A stretch of DNA of 63,935 nucleotides, filler included, from Folioceros fuciformis (taxonomy: Eukaryota), in assembly GCA_049999805.1 (NCBI GenBank). It is 21 parts of 21 records of this genome, joined end to end, with 100 filler letters (N's around TTAATTAATTAA, not from the genome) between each part and the next. Parts side by side here need not be neighbours in the genome. Positions count along the whole stretch, not along the records: positions 51,844 to 54,023 come from JBNGIO010006885.1; positions 54,124 to 55,691 come from JBNGIO010006886.1; positions 55,792 to 60,673 come from JBNGIO010006887.1; positions 60,774 to 62,148 come from JBNGIO010006888.1; positions 62,249 to 63,935 come from JBNGIO010006895.1; 16 more parts are not named here. One strand, 5' to 3'. Each line of letters begins with the position of its first letter. Position 1 is the first letter of the stretch. The notes beneath the pieces are model-generated. The model had not been told where the DNA came from. It did not search any database and saw nothing but the letters and a program-made list of their open reading frames with translations. Positions 52,562-63,935 of the stretch are shown in pieces. The translations under genes and the position numbers were made by a program.

Positions 52562-53040
52562 ACAGCGAACTACATCGCCCAGGAGATTCTCACCTGCTCG
52601 AACGGAGCTGCAAAATCAACAGCCGGCGGCGCTTGAGAGGCAAATTGGCGCTCAAATTTCCCAATTCTCCAAACAGTCGTCACCACTCATGAACACTGGT
52701 TTGGAGTAATCCTTGTCAGTAAACGCAGCTGAAGAAGGACATGAGGAAGGCGGTGGAGACCGGGAAGTATCTGGCCAGACCCGGTGCTAGATTCACAAAC
52801 ACGTCCACGAACTGCCTGAAGAAGATGAAGAAGACGAAGAAGCCTACAACAACCAGCAATTGCAGTTGAAGCAAGGCCACCACAAGAACCAGCTGCAGCT
52901 GCTCATTGAGCATCTTCTCATTCTGTTAATCCAGTCATCAGCTATCACACATTTTTCTCTCTCATCCCCAAGGTCACAAAACTCTTAGCCCCTTCGGCTT
53001 GTCAGTACGTAGCAGAGCAGCAGTAGCAACCGCGACAGCA

Positions 53041-53511
53041 ATGGCGCTATCGGCTGTGGCCGCCGCATCCGTGGCGATGAAGCCGCTGTCTGCTCCGCTC
53101 AAGCTATCCTCCTCCACATTTTTCCAGGGCGGAACGCTGGCGTGCAGTAGCAGCAGTGTTGCCAGGCCGGCACTCATGCCAGGATTCAGCCTGCATGTGG
53201 AGGCTATGAAGAAGGTGCAGGGTAAGGTGGTCTGCGCAACCAACGACAAAACCGTGGCGGTGGAGGTCTTCAGGATTGCGCCGCATCCCAAGTACAAGAA
53301 GCGGATCAAAACCAGCAAAAAGTACCAGGCTCACGATCCATACAACAGCTGCAAGGTTGGCGATACAGTGACGCTGGTGAAATGCGCGCCGGTGAGCAAA
53401 ACCAAGGCATTCCTTGTCACAGAAATCAGGGCTGCTAGGGTGGCTGTCAGGAAGGTGGCGGTTTCTGAGCTTTCCATTCCCTTAGAGTCTGCAGCCGCGC
53501 CCGCAAGCTGA
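53041..53511 (+). CDS. RPS17: Plastid ribosomal protein S17 (nuclear-encoded, intronless)
   Basis: Ser/Ala-rich transit peptide, then MKKVQGKVVCATNDKTVAVEV..HPKYKKR..KKYQAHD..KVGD.V...P.SKTK. Confidence 0.96.
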   Translation: MALSAVAAASVAMKPLSAPLKLSSSTFFQGGTLACSSSSVARPALMPGFSLHVEAMKKVQGKVVCATNDKTVAVEVFRIAPHPKYKKRIKTSKKYQAHDPYNSCKVGDTVTLVKCAPVSKTKAFLVTEIRAARVAVRKVAVSELSIPLESAAAPAS

Positions 53512-54123
53512 TTGCTCAAGGTATGCTGTCCGCTGCTTCGAGTTGTGCGTTTTCCCGTCTTCCTGTCAGGATGAATCAACATGATGTATTGATGTTCTGG
53601 GAACGTTCCTTTGAGCATACCGCAACTATTAGATGTGGTGAGACCACTGTAGCAGTTGTGTCTGCCTCCTCTTCGGGTGGGGACAGACCGGAATGAGTTC
53701 TGGTTGCAATTTGCGGTGCTTTGCTGTGCTTTATGTGTGCATCCTCTCTCACCCACTCTCCATCGATCACAATGCAATGTAGAACTTCCATGATCCGATG
53801 CAACATCCGCAGTGTCATCGTGAGACAGGAGGTGTTTCAAACCATGTCCAAGATCTGCACATTCTGTTGTCCATAAAAGAGGAGTCTACTTCCTCGCTAA
53901 CTTCAGAAGCTGCTTTTTCTTCCCGAGGTCACTGGTGTTCGATCCTCCTGCCCTGTTATACTGTCTCCCTGCCAGTGGATAGGCTATGTAGATGGTTCCG
54001 AGGGGTGACCTTTCATCGCTCACNNNNNNNNNNNNNNNNNNNNNNNNNNNNNNNNNNNNNNNNNNNNTTAATTAATTAANNNNNNNNNNNNNNNNNNNNN
54101 NNNNNNNNNNNNNNNNNNNNNNN

Positions 54124-55691
54124 GCCTGCACCCACTCTCGTTCCACCGGCGTAGAGGTGACGCCAAATCCCTCCTCGGGCCTTCGAGGTCTACCTCCCTC
54201 ATCCCCGACTCACGGACGAGCTCTTCGGAGGTATTTTTTTTTACACCCTCCTATGTTTCCCCCAGCTCGGGCGACTTTTCCCTTGGTTCCTCTTCTTCTG
54301 AATTTGCTGGCTCAACTACCTCGGGAGTCGAGTGGGCTACATCCCGTTCCCCTTGGGCTACCACAATAGTCGAGGCGGCTACCTCCCATTCCCCTCCAAC
54401 TACCTTGGTGGTCGAGTTGGCTTCCTCCGACTCTGACTCCACGTTCTCACCATCTTCCGTGACTCTGTAACAACTAACAAGGGGTGGATGGCGCTGATAA
54501 TCCTTCTCCTCGTTCAACCAAGAGATATGTGCAAAAGGGAACCTCTCGTCTTCATCTGCTTGCCTGCCTGTTTCTTCGGTTGAGGTGTATCCATCTATTT
54601 TGGACGGGGTTTCTCCAGTGTACATGTCCTTGCTCCACGACAGACAGATCCTCCCTTCCTTGGTCTTTGGGTCCCAACCCAGTGGCTTAAAACCTACCTC
54701 CTTCCGGCCCCACCTAAAGGTACATCTGGCACCATACATCCAGGTTCTCCCAATCAATACTTCATTATCCCGGGGCCTTTTGCTTAATCACCACATAATC
54801 CATAAGATATGGAATGGTGCCGATGTGAGTCAAGACTCCAAGGATCTCCCCAACGGGTGCCATTTTCGACATGTCTGCCAATCGCAGAACTTTGGCGGTG
54901 TGCTCGATCTCCAACCCCAGCTTCCGGGCTGTGTTTTTAGTCATGATGTTCACTCCAAACCCTGTGTCCAAAGGTACCTTTTTAATCACACACCTGCGAT
55001 CTCAATTTGCAACTAGGCCGGCCCTTGATCCATCATCGTTACCAGGTTTACCGAATGGGTAAACCTAGTAACGATGGTAGTGAATGGTTTACTTCGGCCT
55101 CACCCTTGGCAAACTTTGCCTCCTCTTGGGCTATGCCATCTTTAGCGCTTGTCACAGCTGCTGCCTGTATCGCGGTGTGTCTCGGAGTAGCTGGCCAAAA
55201 GTCACTATGAATTTTTGATCCATAATGGCTTCTGCCAAGTCAAGCACTCACGTCCTCCCCTTCTCAGCTTCTGCTGCAGGTCGTGCATCCACCTTCCCAG
55301 GCCCTTCCTGGTCACCAGCAGCCGCGGAATTGGGTTGCCCTTCACCGACGATCGCCGCACGTTCAGGAGTTTGGTCCAACTCCTCTTGGATCATCTCTGC
55401 TACCTCTTGCCAAACATCTGGAGGGAAACCCAGCACTCTTAATCTGTCCAGTTGTGAGATTCCTTCGGCTCCTTCCACTCCTTGAGCTAGTTCACTTATG
55501 GATTGTCATTCTTCCTCAGCGCTCGTCACCGAATCAGCTGTCACCTCTTCTCCTGCTCTCGCCTCCACTGGGTTTTTCGGTGCTTCCTTTGGCTCCTCCG
55601 GTGATAACGGTTCCTTCTCGCCATTGCTCACGGAAGTCGACACATGTCGTGAAATTGTGGCAAAAATGGACTTATAGTAGAGCATCATGGT
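54124..55691 (-). mobile_element. Ty3/Gypsy gag-protease remnant with stops
   Basis: VPLDTGFGVNIM aspartic protease motif, LRLAD..K.APVG, LIGRTWMY. Confidence 0.8.
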
Positions 55692-56809
55692 NNNNNNNNN
55701 NNNNNNNNNNNNNNNNNNNNNNNNNNNNNNNNNNNTTAATTAATTAANNNNNNNNNNNNNNNNNNNNNNNNNNNNNNNNNNNNNNNNNNNNTTAGGCTAC
55801 AAGGCCGATTTGCACGGATTCTTGCAAGAAAAAGACGAATCATGGCAAGAGGGATGGTGATGGAGAAAACTTCAGACAGGACTCTAAGATCCCTGCTCAT
55901 ATCATGCTCAGCGAGCTATTTCCCATCTCTTAACGAGATTTCGCTTGACCTTCGTCGCTGATCACCTAGCCCTGGGCATCTAGGAATTCTGGCTCGTGAA
56001 CCCTTTGACATTGTTGCCATCGGCTCTGAATCCGGAATAATTCTTGTAACACAATCTTGTGAGCTCCTGAGGATGGTTGCATCTTGCATGAACTTACATT
56101 CGAAAAAAAAAAAGCAAGGGAGGACGGAAAGTTGATGAGCACCTCTTTATCGAGATTGCCGAGTTTTGCCGAAACCCTTTCTCAATATCATGAGAAGTGT
56201 AGCCGGGATTGAAGAAGATGGTAATAACGATGACGAAGATGACAAAGACTCGGCCAAGGTTCTGTTCGCCTAGTAACTGGTGGTTGTCAGTACCTTCGTC
56301 ATGCTCGGTGCACTTTTCGTTCGGGAGACTGCTTCTGTGATTGCACATATTGGTCGCGAGGGGATTAAATCGCTTGTACACGTGTTTGGTTGGTCCACGG
56401 TTCTGCGAGCCACACTTGTCACTGCCCTTGCAAGGGCCGTCCTCTTTTTTGTTCAGGGATATTGAGCAAGACCGAACCGCTGGCTAGGTTTCGGGCCACT
56501 TATCGGTCTGGACCCCCCTCGCAAGTTTTTGCGTGTCCATCAAGGTTCCCCGTCATTGGACGTCTTCCTCGCCCTCTACGATAGCTTGATTTAATGGCCA
56601 TCATGTTCAAACAAGGGTAACAGCTAAGGTCTAACATGGCTCACCCCACACGGGGTGCGTCTCATCAACTCGTATCTCCTTCCTGTCTTACAACTCCAGC
56701 TCCAACATACGGAAGTTGTGGAGACGGGATGTAATCCGTCTCAGCTCACCGGGAGAGACTGAAATATAACTGAACTTGAGAGGCATATCATAACCAGACT
56801 TGCTTCAAA

Positions 56810-58841
56810 CTACTTGCACTGAGGCTGCCGATTCATTCCCATCTCAGTGCTGTACCACCCAGTTGACGGGTTGGTTGCTAGGGTTCTAGATGATGAGATG
56901 AAAACAACCATATATTTCATTCGTAGTTCGTGAATACTTTTTCTCACTTTCACCTGAATCTGCTGCAGGATATTCTGCTGTGGGTAGTCTTGAATTGTAA
57001 CAGTCAAGAGGGGAGAGAGATACCAGATCATATATGGGGCCAGCGGTTCTGAAACACATTGGCCCTGCCAGACTTCCTTTGCCAGTCGCTGCTCTTTGGT
57101 AGGTAAGCTAGTCTGGAGGTTTGCTCTGCACTTCCGTTTCTTAACCGTGAGCGAGCTAGAATTGGGAAACTGAAGACGTCTGCATACACTTGGGACTGAC
57201 CCTCTTAGGTGACAAGGAAACCCGCTGAAGGTGGTTGAGGAAAGGGACATGGAAGTCAACCAATGGTCCAAGGTCCATGATAATTTACCAGTGATTCACG
57301 GCTGCTTTGCTATGCCCCCTCGGAGTCCACTCAACAAAGAATCTTGTCATACACACTGAGCATTGTGGCTAAGCGCTCATACTTCTCTTTCGATTCGACT
57401 CCCCAGTATCTGGCAACAAAATCGCCTGCTCGGTAATGGTTAATCTCATCGCCACATGGACTGTTCAAGTGCCTGCATGACAGAGTCCAGTCTGAGAGGC
57501 TAGGACAAAGGAAGTCAGGGAGTGCAGCAGTGCGGAAAGACGAGTCAGCACGTACCAGAATGGTATGATTGCAGCATGCTCGCTAAACTCGTCAAAATGC
57601 TTCTCCCTATAAATTTGGATGGCATCATCTTCAGACAGCTTGAAAAATAAGGAAGTCCGAAAATATTTGCACATAACCTCCATGTACGCCTGAAAAATTG
57701 CAAGCAGGAAAATACCCCTTAGAGATAGGCAAGGAACAGCCGAAGGGCAAGTGAGGTGGTAGAAGGATCGCACACCTTGGACCACGGTGTGCTCCTGACA
57801 ATGAAAACCCCGGTGTCTATCGGCCCATTCATGCTAGGTTGAACGTCTCGACCACCCGAGAAGTCAGAAGAGTAAATGACATCTTTGGTCGTCAAGTTGT
57901 AACCAGGAGTATCTATAATGCTCTCTATTGTGACGGACAGGTTGTAGATCAAAGCGTCGGAGTGCATGTGCACCACAGTATCAGCAAAGCTTAACACCAG
58001 CATCAACGCGTTGGTTTTTGTCCAAGGAACAGGTGAGAACAAATCCAGGATAGTTGAAACCTCACAGTAACGATATCCATGCTTGTATGCGTATCCAAGC
58101 CTGTTCTTCCGTAATTGCTCTAAGAAGGCCTGCCATGAACTGGTATCAAGCTCAATCTGATGCTGAACAAAACAAAGGAAGGCTGGCAAATTACGGAGTG
58201 GCAATGCTACTGCCACTAGCAGTGCAGCTGGAGCAGCCAGCTGGATTCGAGAGAAATTAGGCCGGGGCAAACAATCTCCCTGAACAATTTTAAGCGGAGC
58301 CACACGCAGAACCAGAAGGGGTCCTTCGAGATGGCATTAAACAAATGATTTGGTGACAGGCGGGCAAAACAAGAACACGCTGGTCGCTGTGGCACAGGCA
58401 AGGCAAGGCAAATAGTAAACACACCTGAGGTAGACCTGGTGTGATTGACAGAATAGTGACGTTGCCGATGCCATAACACAAGGAATCCGGCCTCTCAATC
58501 CATCTCTGCATCAACTGCGTGCGATTCTCGTGGTGAGCAGCAGTCACGCGGACCGTAGAGTAAGATGCACGATCTGCCTGTAACAAGGAATCAGCATAGG
58601 GGGTCCCAAGTCGCGCCAGGTGCTCTGCAGTGTACATTTCAGCTTGTCAGCCCTGGTTGGTGTAAAGCAAAGGTTGTGGGTGAAAGGGAGACAGACCGGT
58701 AGCGGAGGGAGCCAGGCGAGATCTGAACTGAGCCAACACGAAGTAGGCAGAGGCCACAAGGAGCACGACGTAGATAGAGCGGTAGAGACAACGACGCCAC
58801 AGCGGACCCCGTGTGCGAAGTCTGCGTTTAGGAGACCCCAT
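56810..58841 (-). CDS. Type II membrane glycosyltransferase, GT34 (GMA12/MNN10)-like, multi-exon; 3' end uncertain
   Basis: Basic N-terminus plus TM helix; NRLGYAYKHGYRY, PWTK, MHSDALIYN, IDTGVFIVRSTPWSK, YRAGDFVARYWG. Confidence 0.75.
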
Positions 58842-59269
58842 GACAAATGCCAGATGACGACTCCCTGCGTGAGCATTTCGCAACTTAGGGTTAGCTTTGT
58901 CTCAGTGCATTGGTGGATAGCAAGCTTGGAGCAACTCATCGATGCCCAATGGAGCTTCCCCTTGTACAGTATTCAGTCTAGAGACGAATCTCTTGGCTAC
59001 TCATACGCGCCGAGCATCGTTCAGAGGCAGTAGAGCCAGAGGCAGTAGAGATAGGATACCTCCAGCGCCCGCCGCTTGTTCTTCTGTTCTCCGTACGGCT
59101 GCGGCACTCCAGGCCTCCGCATCGTGGGTTGTACATACAGTGCTTTCAGGGTCCTGCCCTTGGTACATCAGACCTTGGGTGAGCAGTTGCCATTGCTGGC
59201 AGAGTCCGAAGCCATGTCAGGAACCCATAGATAAGGAGTCCCCTTCAAACGTGATTTCCGTAGTCTAGT

Positions 59270-60130
59270 CTAGCCCATCCGAGGCTGGTTCGCTCACTCA
59301 CACATCTGGCTGGAGAGCAGTCGACGTTCGCGGCATCCATGCTCGAAGGATACTCTCCCGCTGCAACTGACTAACCTCTACGAACCATCGAGGCGCGAAT
59401 CAAACGAAACCGGCTATGGCAGTCGCTAAGCCTACTCTCTGCCGACAGGGAGGGTGGGAGCGCGAAGATCACAACAAATCCGTGGAAGTGTCACAATCAT
59501 CATGAGTCGATGATGACTCCAGACGTGGAACGAATCCACTTGAACACTCTTGGGGATGGGATGCTTCTTTATGCCCAACCACAGAAGTACGCACCAGTGC
59601 GTGACTCCATACCTGTCTTTCATTACACACACCTCCGTGATTGCATGTTGCTGGTATGCTAGAGTGTGCCATTGTGTGTTCCAGCCTCCAGACCAAGCAC
59701 CAATCCACAGTGTGCTGTCTCGAGCGCTCTGCATGCGAGGAAATCTCTTGCGTTCAAATCATCAAACACCTGCTGGGCGTCGAGAGCACGTGCTCCCACA
59801 CTTTCCTCACATGTTGAGCAACTTGCTGGCTACCCTTCGAGCTCGTTTTTGTAATCTCTGCTTGCAACTGCAGCCTTCCCACATGCAGAGCCCCGCATGC
59901 CGGCAGGAGGCTCGCAAATGTCACGGCCTCGGGTGCTGCGATGCCTTCCTTGCATACCGCTGTGAACACCAGGTGATTCCCGGCCCATGCCCGCTGGGAT
60001 TATGTACCCTGGTACCACGGCAGACCACCTCCCCGCATTTTTGTGACAGCCCGTCCAATACTGCTAACCCAGCTACTTGCAAGCTACCACACTTCGCATA
60101 CACTACACAAAATTGCTGGAGACCAAGACA
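59270..60130 (-). pseudogene. PLS-class PPR pseudogene
   Basis: MYAKCGSLQVA, PEAVTFASLLPACG, MKDRYGVT, possible E-domain remnant (PGWA-like); pieces lie in different frames. Confidence 0.75.
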
Positions 60131-60773
60131 TGTACTTCACGACCTCGTCCTCAGGTCCGCACAAGCACAACGTGATACAGGTGGGTGGGTCATTCCTGTA
60201 AAATCAAATTGTCTAAACTGGACCGTTCACAAATCGTTAAGGGTTGCTCATGTAGCAAGCTTGTTCTAATCTCTTTGTGTGTATCTTCATGCAATTCGTA
60301 CTTCCCTTGCTAACATGCGTTGAAAACCTCTCCAGACTTATGCTTGGTTAAGAAGTATTAGAGGAATTTATTATAAAATAAGAGATTGAAATCCATCTAC
60401 CCAATAGCACATCAGCATTTATACTAGGGAGACTACTCTTTGTTTAGGTACAAAGTGGCTTTTGCTTTTGCATGAAGTCCTAATAAATCATAAAGTTTAT
60501 AATCTTATTTTAGCAATGTGAACTTGTGAGCACAAAGGGGTATGTATATGTAAATCATAGTTTTTAATATATATATTTATATATATAAATTTATTTGTAT
60601 TCAATTTTAAATTTTAAGTTTGTGATAGGGTCGTTCCTATGGAATACCGATATGGACAGAGGGTCCTCCATTANNNNNNNNNNNNNNNNNNNNNNNNNNN
60701 NNNNNNNNNNNNNNNNNTTAATTAATTAANNNNNNNNNNNNNNNNNNNNNNNNNNNNNNNNNNNNNNNNNNNN

Positions 60774-62148
60774 AGACACTCTTGATGTCAGTGTGGTTGA
60801 AGATGTAGTTGGAGTCTTACCCCCAGTCGCAGGTGCAGAATGCGACATCGAGGGGGGAGAGAGAGAAACTCCAGATGTTACTGAAGAAGTAGAAGAAGAC
60901 TGCCAAGTTACAAAACTGCAAGTGGCATTATGTAGATCTACCAAGTTGCGAAAGCCGGCATAGAAGCTCATAGAATCTCTTAATGGATGTGTTAGTGAGT
61001 ATGTGTGTTTTGCAGATGTTAGAGAACCCCGCAGCTTGACGAAGGCATTCGCATGCCCAAAGGCAAAAGAATAGAGAGAAGTAGTGAACAGTGAGTATAA
61101 ACTCCCTCATTGCCAACAAAACGTGGATTGTTACTCCTCTACCTCTTGGAAGGAAGTGCATAGGATCGAAGAGGACTTTCAAGATCAAGTACAAGGCCGA
61201 CGGCAGCATAAAGGGAAGGCCGGTGGGGAAAGGGTATATGTAGATTTCAGGTGTGGACTACACAAATACCTTCTCTATTGTTGCGAAGATAGCCTCCAAG
61301 CACTCCTTGCTATCACCACTGCTTTGGATATGGAAATACATCATATGGATGTCCAAATCGCTTTTCTAAATGGAGATCTGAACAAAGAGGTCTACATAAA
61401 GCAACCTGAAGGCTATGTGGTACCTGGATGTGAGGGCTATGTGGTATCTGGATGTGAGGGCGAAGTATACAAGCTGCAAAAGGCCATTTACGGCCTTAAG
61501 CAATCTGACCTTACTTGGTATTGTAAACTTGATGATCATTTCCAGTCTATAGGTTTCAAGAGAACCAATGTTGATTGGAATATTTACGTGAAGCGAGTAG
61601 GAGCTTCTGTTGTCATCATTGCTGTATATGTGGATAATTTAATCATTGTTAGCAATGATCAGGAGCTTCTAACCTTAGCAAAGCAAGGCCTTAGTGAAAG
61701 CTTCATTGTACGAGACCTTGGGGATCTAAGTTATTTCCTAAGAATAAAGGTCGACAGAGATAAAACCAATAGGGCATCTAAGTTATTTCCTAAGAATAAA
61801 GGTCGACAGAGATAAAACCAATAGGGTTATCTTTCATAGTCAGTAGATATATGTGCGGACTATACTAGAGCATTTTGGGATGTAGGATTGCAAACCAACG
61901 CAGACACCAATGATCTACAATGAGAAGTTATCACAGGATGCGGATTCCAATGTGAAGGAACAAGTAGATAAGAATCTCTACTAGTGTGCTATTGGCTGCC
62001 TTACTTGCTTGGAGACAAGCACCAGGCCAGACATCGTAGAGGCAGTGGGAGTTGTGAGCCAATTCTTGGTCAACCCCCAACCTCAGCATTATTAAGTTGT
62101 TAAGAGAATACTCAGATACTTGTAAGGTACAAAACATTGGACATTGAC
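60774..62148 (+). mobile_element. Degenerate Ty1/Copia reverse transcriptase region
   Basis: HHMDVQIAFLNGDL.KEVYIKQPEG, LQKAIYGLKQS, VYVDN, DLGDLSYFL, TRPDI; frameshifts and local duplications. Confidence 0.95.
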
Positions 62149-62248
62149 NNNNNNNNNNNNNNNNNNNNNNNNNNNNNNNNNNNNNNNNNNNNTTAATTAA
62201 TTAANNNNNNNNNNNNNNNNNNNNNNNNNNNNNNNNNNNNNNNNNNNN

Positions 62249-63935
62249 AAAACTAAACATGTGAACCTCAAGCATTCAAGGACAAGAACCCGTGCATGAC
62301 AGTGCTGACCCACCTTCTTCTTCTTGTTGCAGTTGGCCACAAAGCGCTCCAGCTCCCACAAGGTTTCGTTGTCGAAAGTTTCGATATCCACCTCGATCTC
62401 ATTGTCATTTTGAGATAGAACCGGATTCCGCTTCCTGAGGATCTGGACAATCTTCCCCAGTTTCTCGGCAGGTTGCTTCTCCAAGTTCTCACTCAGTTTC
62501 TGCTTCTCCTCGAAGGTCATAGGCCTTTTCTGGGCCTCTTGCTTAGGCCTAACGGCACCAGCTGGGCGACCAGGACCTCCACTACGCCCTCCCCTAGAGT
62601 TGTTAGCAAAATGGGTAGAGACTTTATCCTCCAAGCTCTGCAACTGCTGCTTCAGATCCAGCAGCTCCTGTGTTTGCCCCGACCCTTGAGCGAGAGTCTC
62701 ATCCTCGAACTTGATTTTCATCTTCTCCTCCTCGTACTTCACCTCTATGGCCTTCCACCTAGACTCAAAATTGTGCCCCATGATTTCGGCCATAGTGTGC
62801 ACGTCATGTCCCTTCGGGTTGTAGGTCAAAGCATTGGAGAACACCAGCCTGACGTCATCAGCAAACTCAGCGGGAGTCTCATAAGACCCTGCCTCCAGAT
62901 TCTTCTTGATAGTTCCAAGGTCCATAGGCTTCCTAATCACCTTGAAGTAGTCGTGCAGGCCAAGCTCTACCACATCCACTGGTTCTTTGAACACCCACGC
63001 GTGCTTGTGATTCCAGAGTCGTTTGAGAAGGGTCATGCACTGCTTAAATAGGTCTGCCATCCGTTTGTGCCTGGCCGTCTGCACCTTCTGCCTCTTGGAA
63101 TCCTTCGGATCCAGTTTGGTTATGGAGCCTCGCTTCACCCCGGCCACGGCCTTCGGCTTCAACTTCTCAGGAGGCGGGATCCGGTCCTTCCCGGACACAA
63201 ACTCCGAGTTCAAGTACATCTGATTAGCCTTGGGAGTCCGCTTCTCCTTCCCGGGAGCCCCCGGCGTTCCCATGAGGGGATGCTCGGGAACAATGACGCT
63301 AGGAACCCTGGACAACCTGACTTCGGCTCCCGCACCACCTGCCCTTACATCTGAGGAAGCAGACTGCGGGTCGGCACCAGGAGTGGCCGCAACTCCATTG
63401 TTGTCCACCCTAGCAACAACGTTAGCACTGCTTCCGGTGCGCCGCATGGCCCCATCGGGCGTGTTCAACCTTCTTGCCAGTTCTGCCTCCCTAGCATCAA
63501 TCCTAGGGTACAGCGTCATGAGAGCCTCAAGATCCATCCTCAGCTTCTTCCTGTGCGCGCTCTTCTCCTGCCTCGAAAGCGTGTGCACGTCAGGGAGGAG
63601 CAAACCCGGCTCCGCACCGACCACATCGCTGCTGCCGTCCTTGACGCCATCCGTGTTCAGGCTCATGGACTTGCGCTTAAGGGAGCGGGAGTCATCCGAT
63701 CCAGTCTCCAGATCGACCTTCACCGGCGCGGTCAGGCTGTCCTTCCTCGACAGAATATGCCGCTGCCTCCGGCCGTCCGACTCGGACACCGCCTCCACTT
63801 CCTGCAGCGGCGTAGCCACTGCCGCCGCCGCCACCGTCGCAGCCGCCTCATACCCGCCCTGCTGTTGCTGCTGCAGCTTCACCTGCGGCTGCTGGGAAGA
63901 GGCCGGCGGCAGGGGCTTCGGCGTCGTGCTCTTCT
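62249..63935 (-). CDS. GTE (BET family) bromodomain plus ET-domain protein, partial at both ends
   Basis: [43 protein letters not shown] domain [11 protein letters not shown]...[21 protein letters not shown]. Confidence 0.95.

Noticed and set aside
58628-58700. Possible stop-codon readthrough: in-frame TGA CAA between two same-frame ORFs of the GT gene
   Set aside because: A ~70-bp GT-AG intron (ACC G|gtctgt...ctgac...tgcag|AG CAC) removes the stop and keeps the frame.
1-63935. A functional gene cluster spanning the window (e.g. cell-wall or sperm genes)
   Set aside because: The genes lie on separate contigs joined by artificial linkers, so their adjacency is not biological.

Overview
Nuclear DNA from a compact-genome land plant with short (~70-250 bp) GT-AG introns. 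It is most likely a seed-free plant with motile sperm (hornwort, other bryophyte or lycophyte; inferred from CEP76 plus land-plant genes). The window is not one locus: 21 small contigs are joined by 20 artificial N44-TTAATTAATTAA-N44 linkers, so adjacency across linkers means nothing. Recognisable genes: class-II DnaJ, plastid G6PD, desiccation protein PCC13-62, CFIm68/CPSF6-like 3' end, a divergent SNI1/NSE6-like gene, a BONOBO-like bHLH VIIIa, LRX, CEP76, MAGL/CSE-like lipase, galacturonokinase, an RBM24/38-type RRM protein, class III peroxidase, plastid RPS17, a GT34-like glycosyltransferase and a GTE bromodomain protein. There are also Copia, Gypsy and LINE remnants, a PPR pseudogene and minisatellites. 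Most interesting observations: (1) a five-exon Lys-rich gene mostly missed by the ORF track, which appears to have been tandemly duplicated together with the 5' end of its head-to-head neighbour galacturonokinase, followed by reciprocal pseudogenisation; (2) an apparently intron-containing IS3EU/IS481-like DDE transposase relic of a type unusual for plants; (3) an SNI1 homologue with an E2F site upstream. No CRISPR, rRNA, tRNA or prokaryotic system was found. All family calls are from recalled motifs, not database searches, and exon boundaries were placed by hand.
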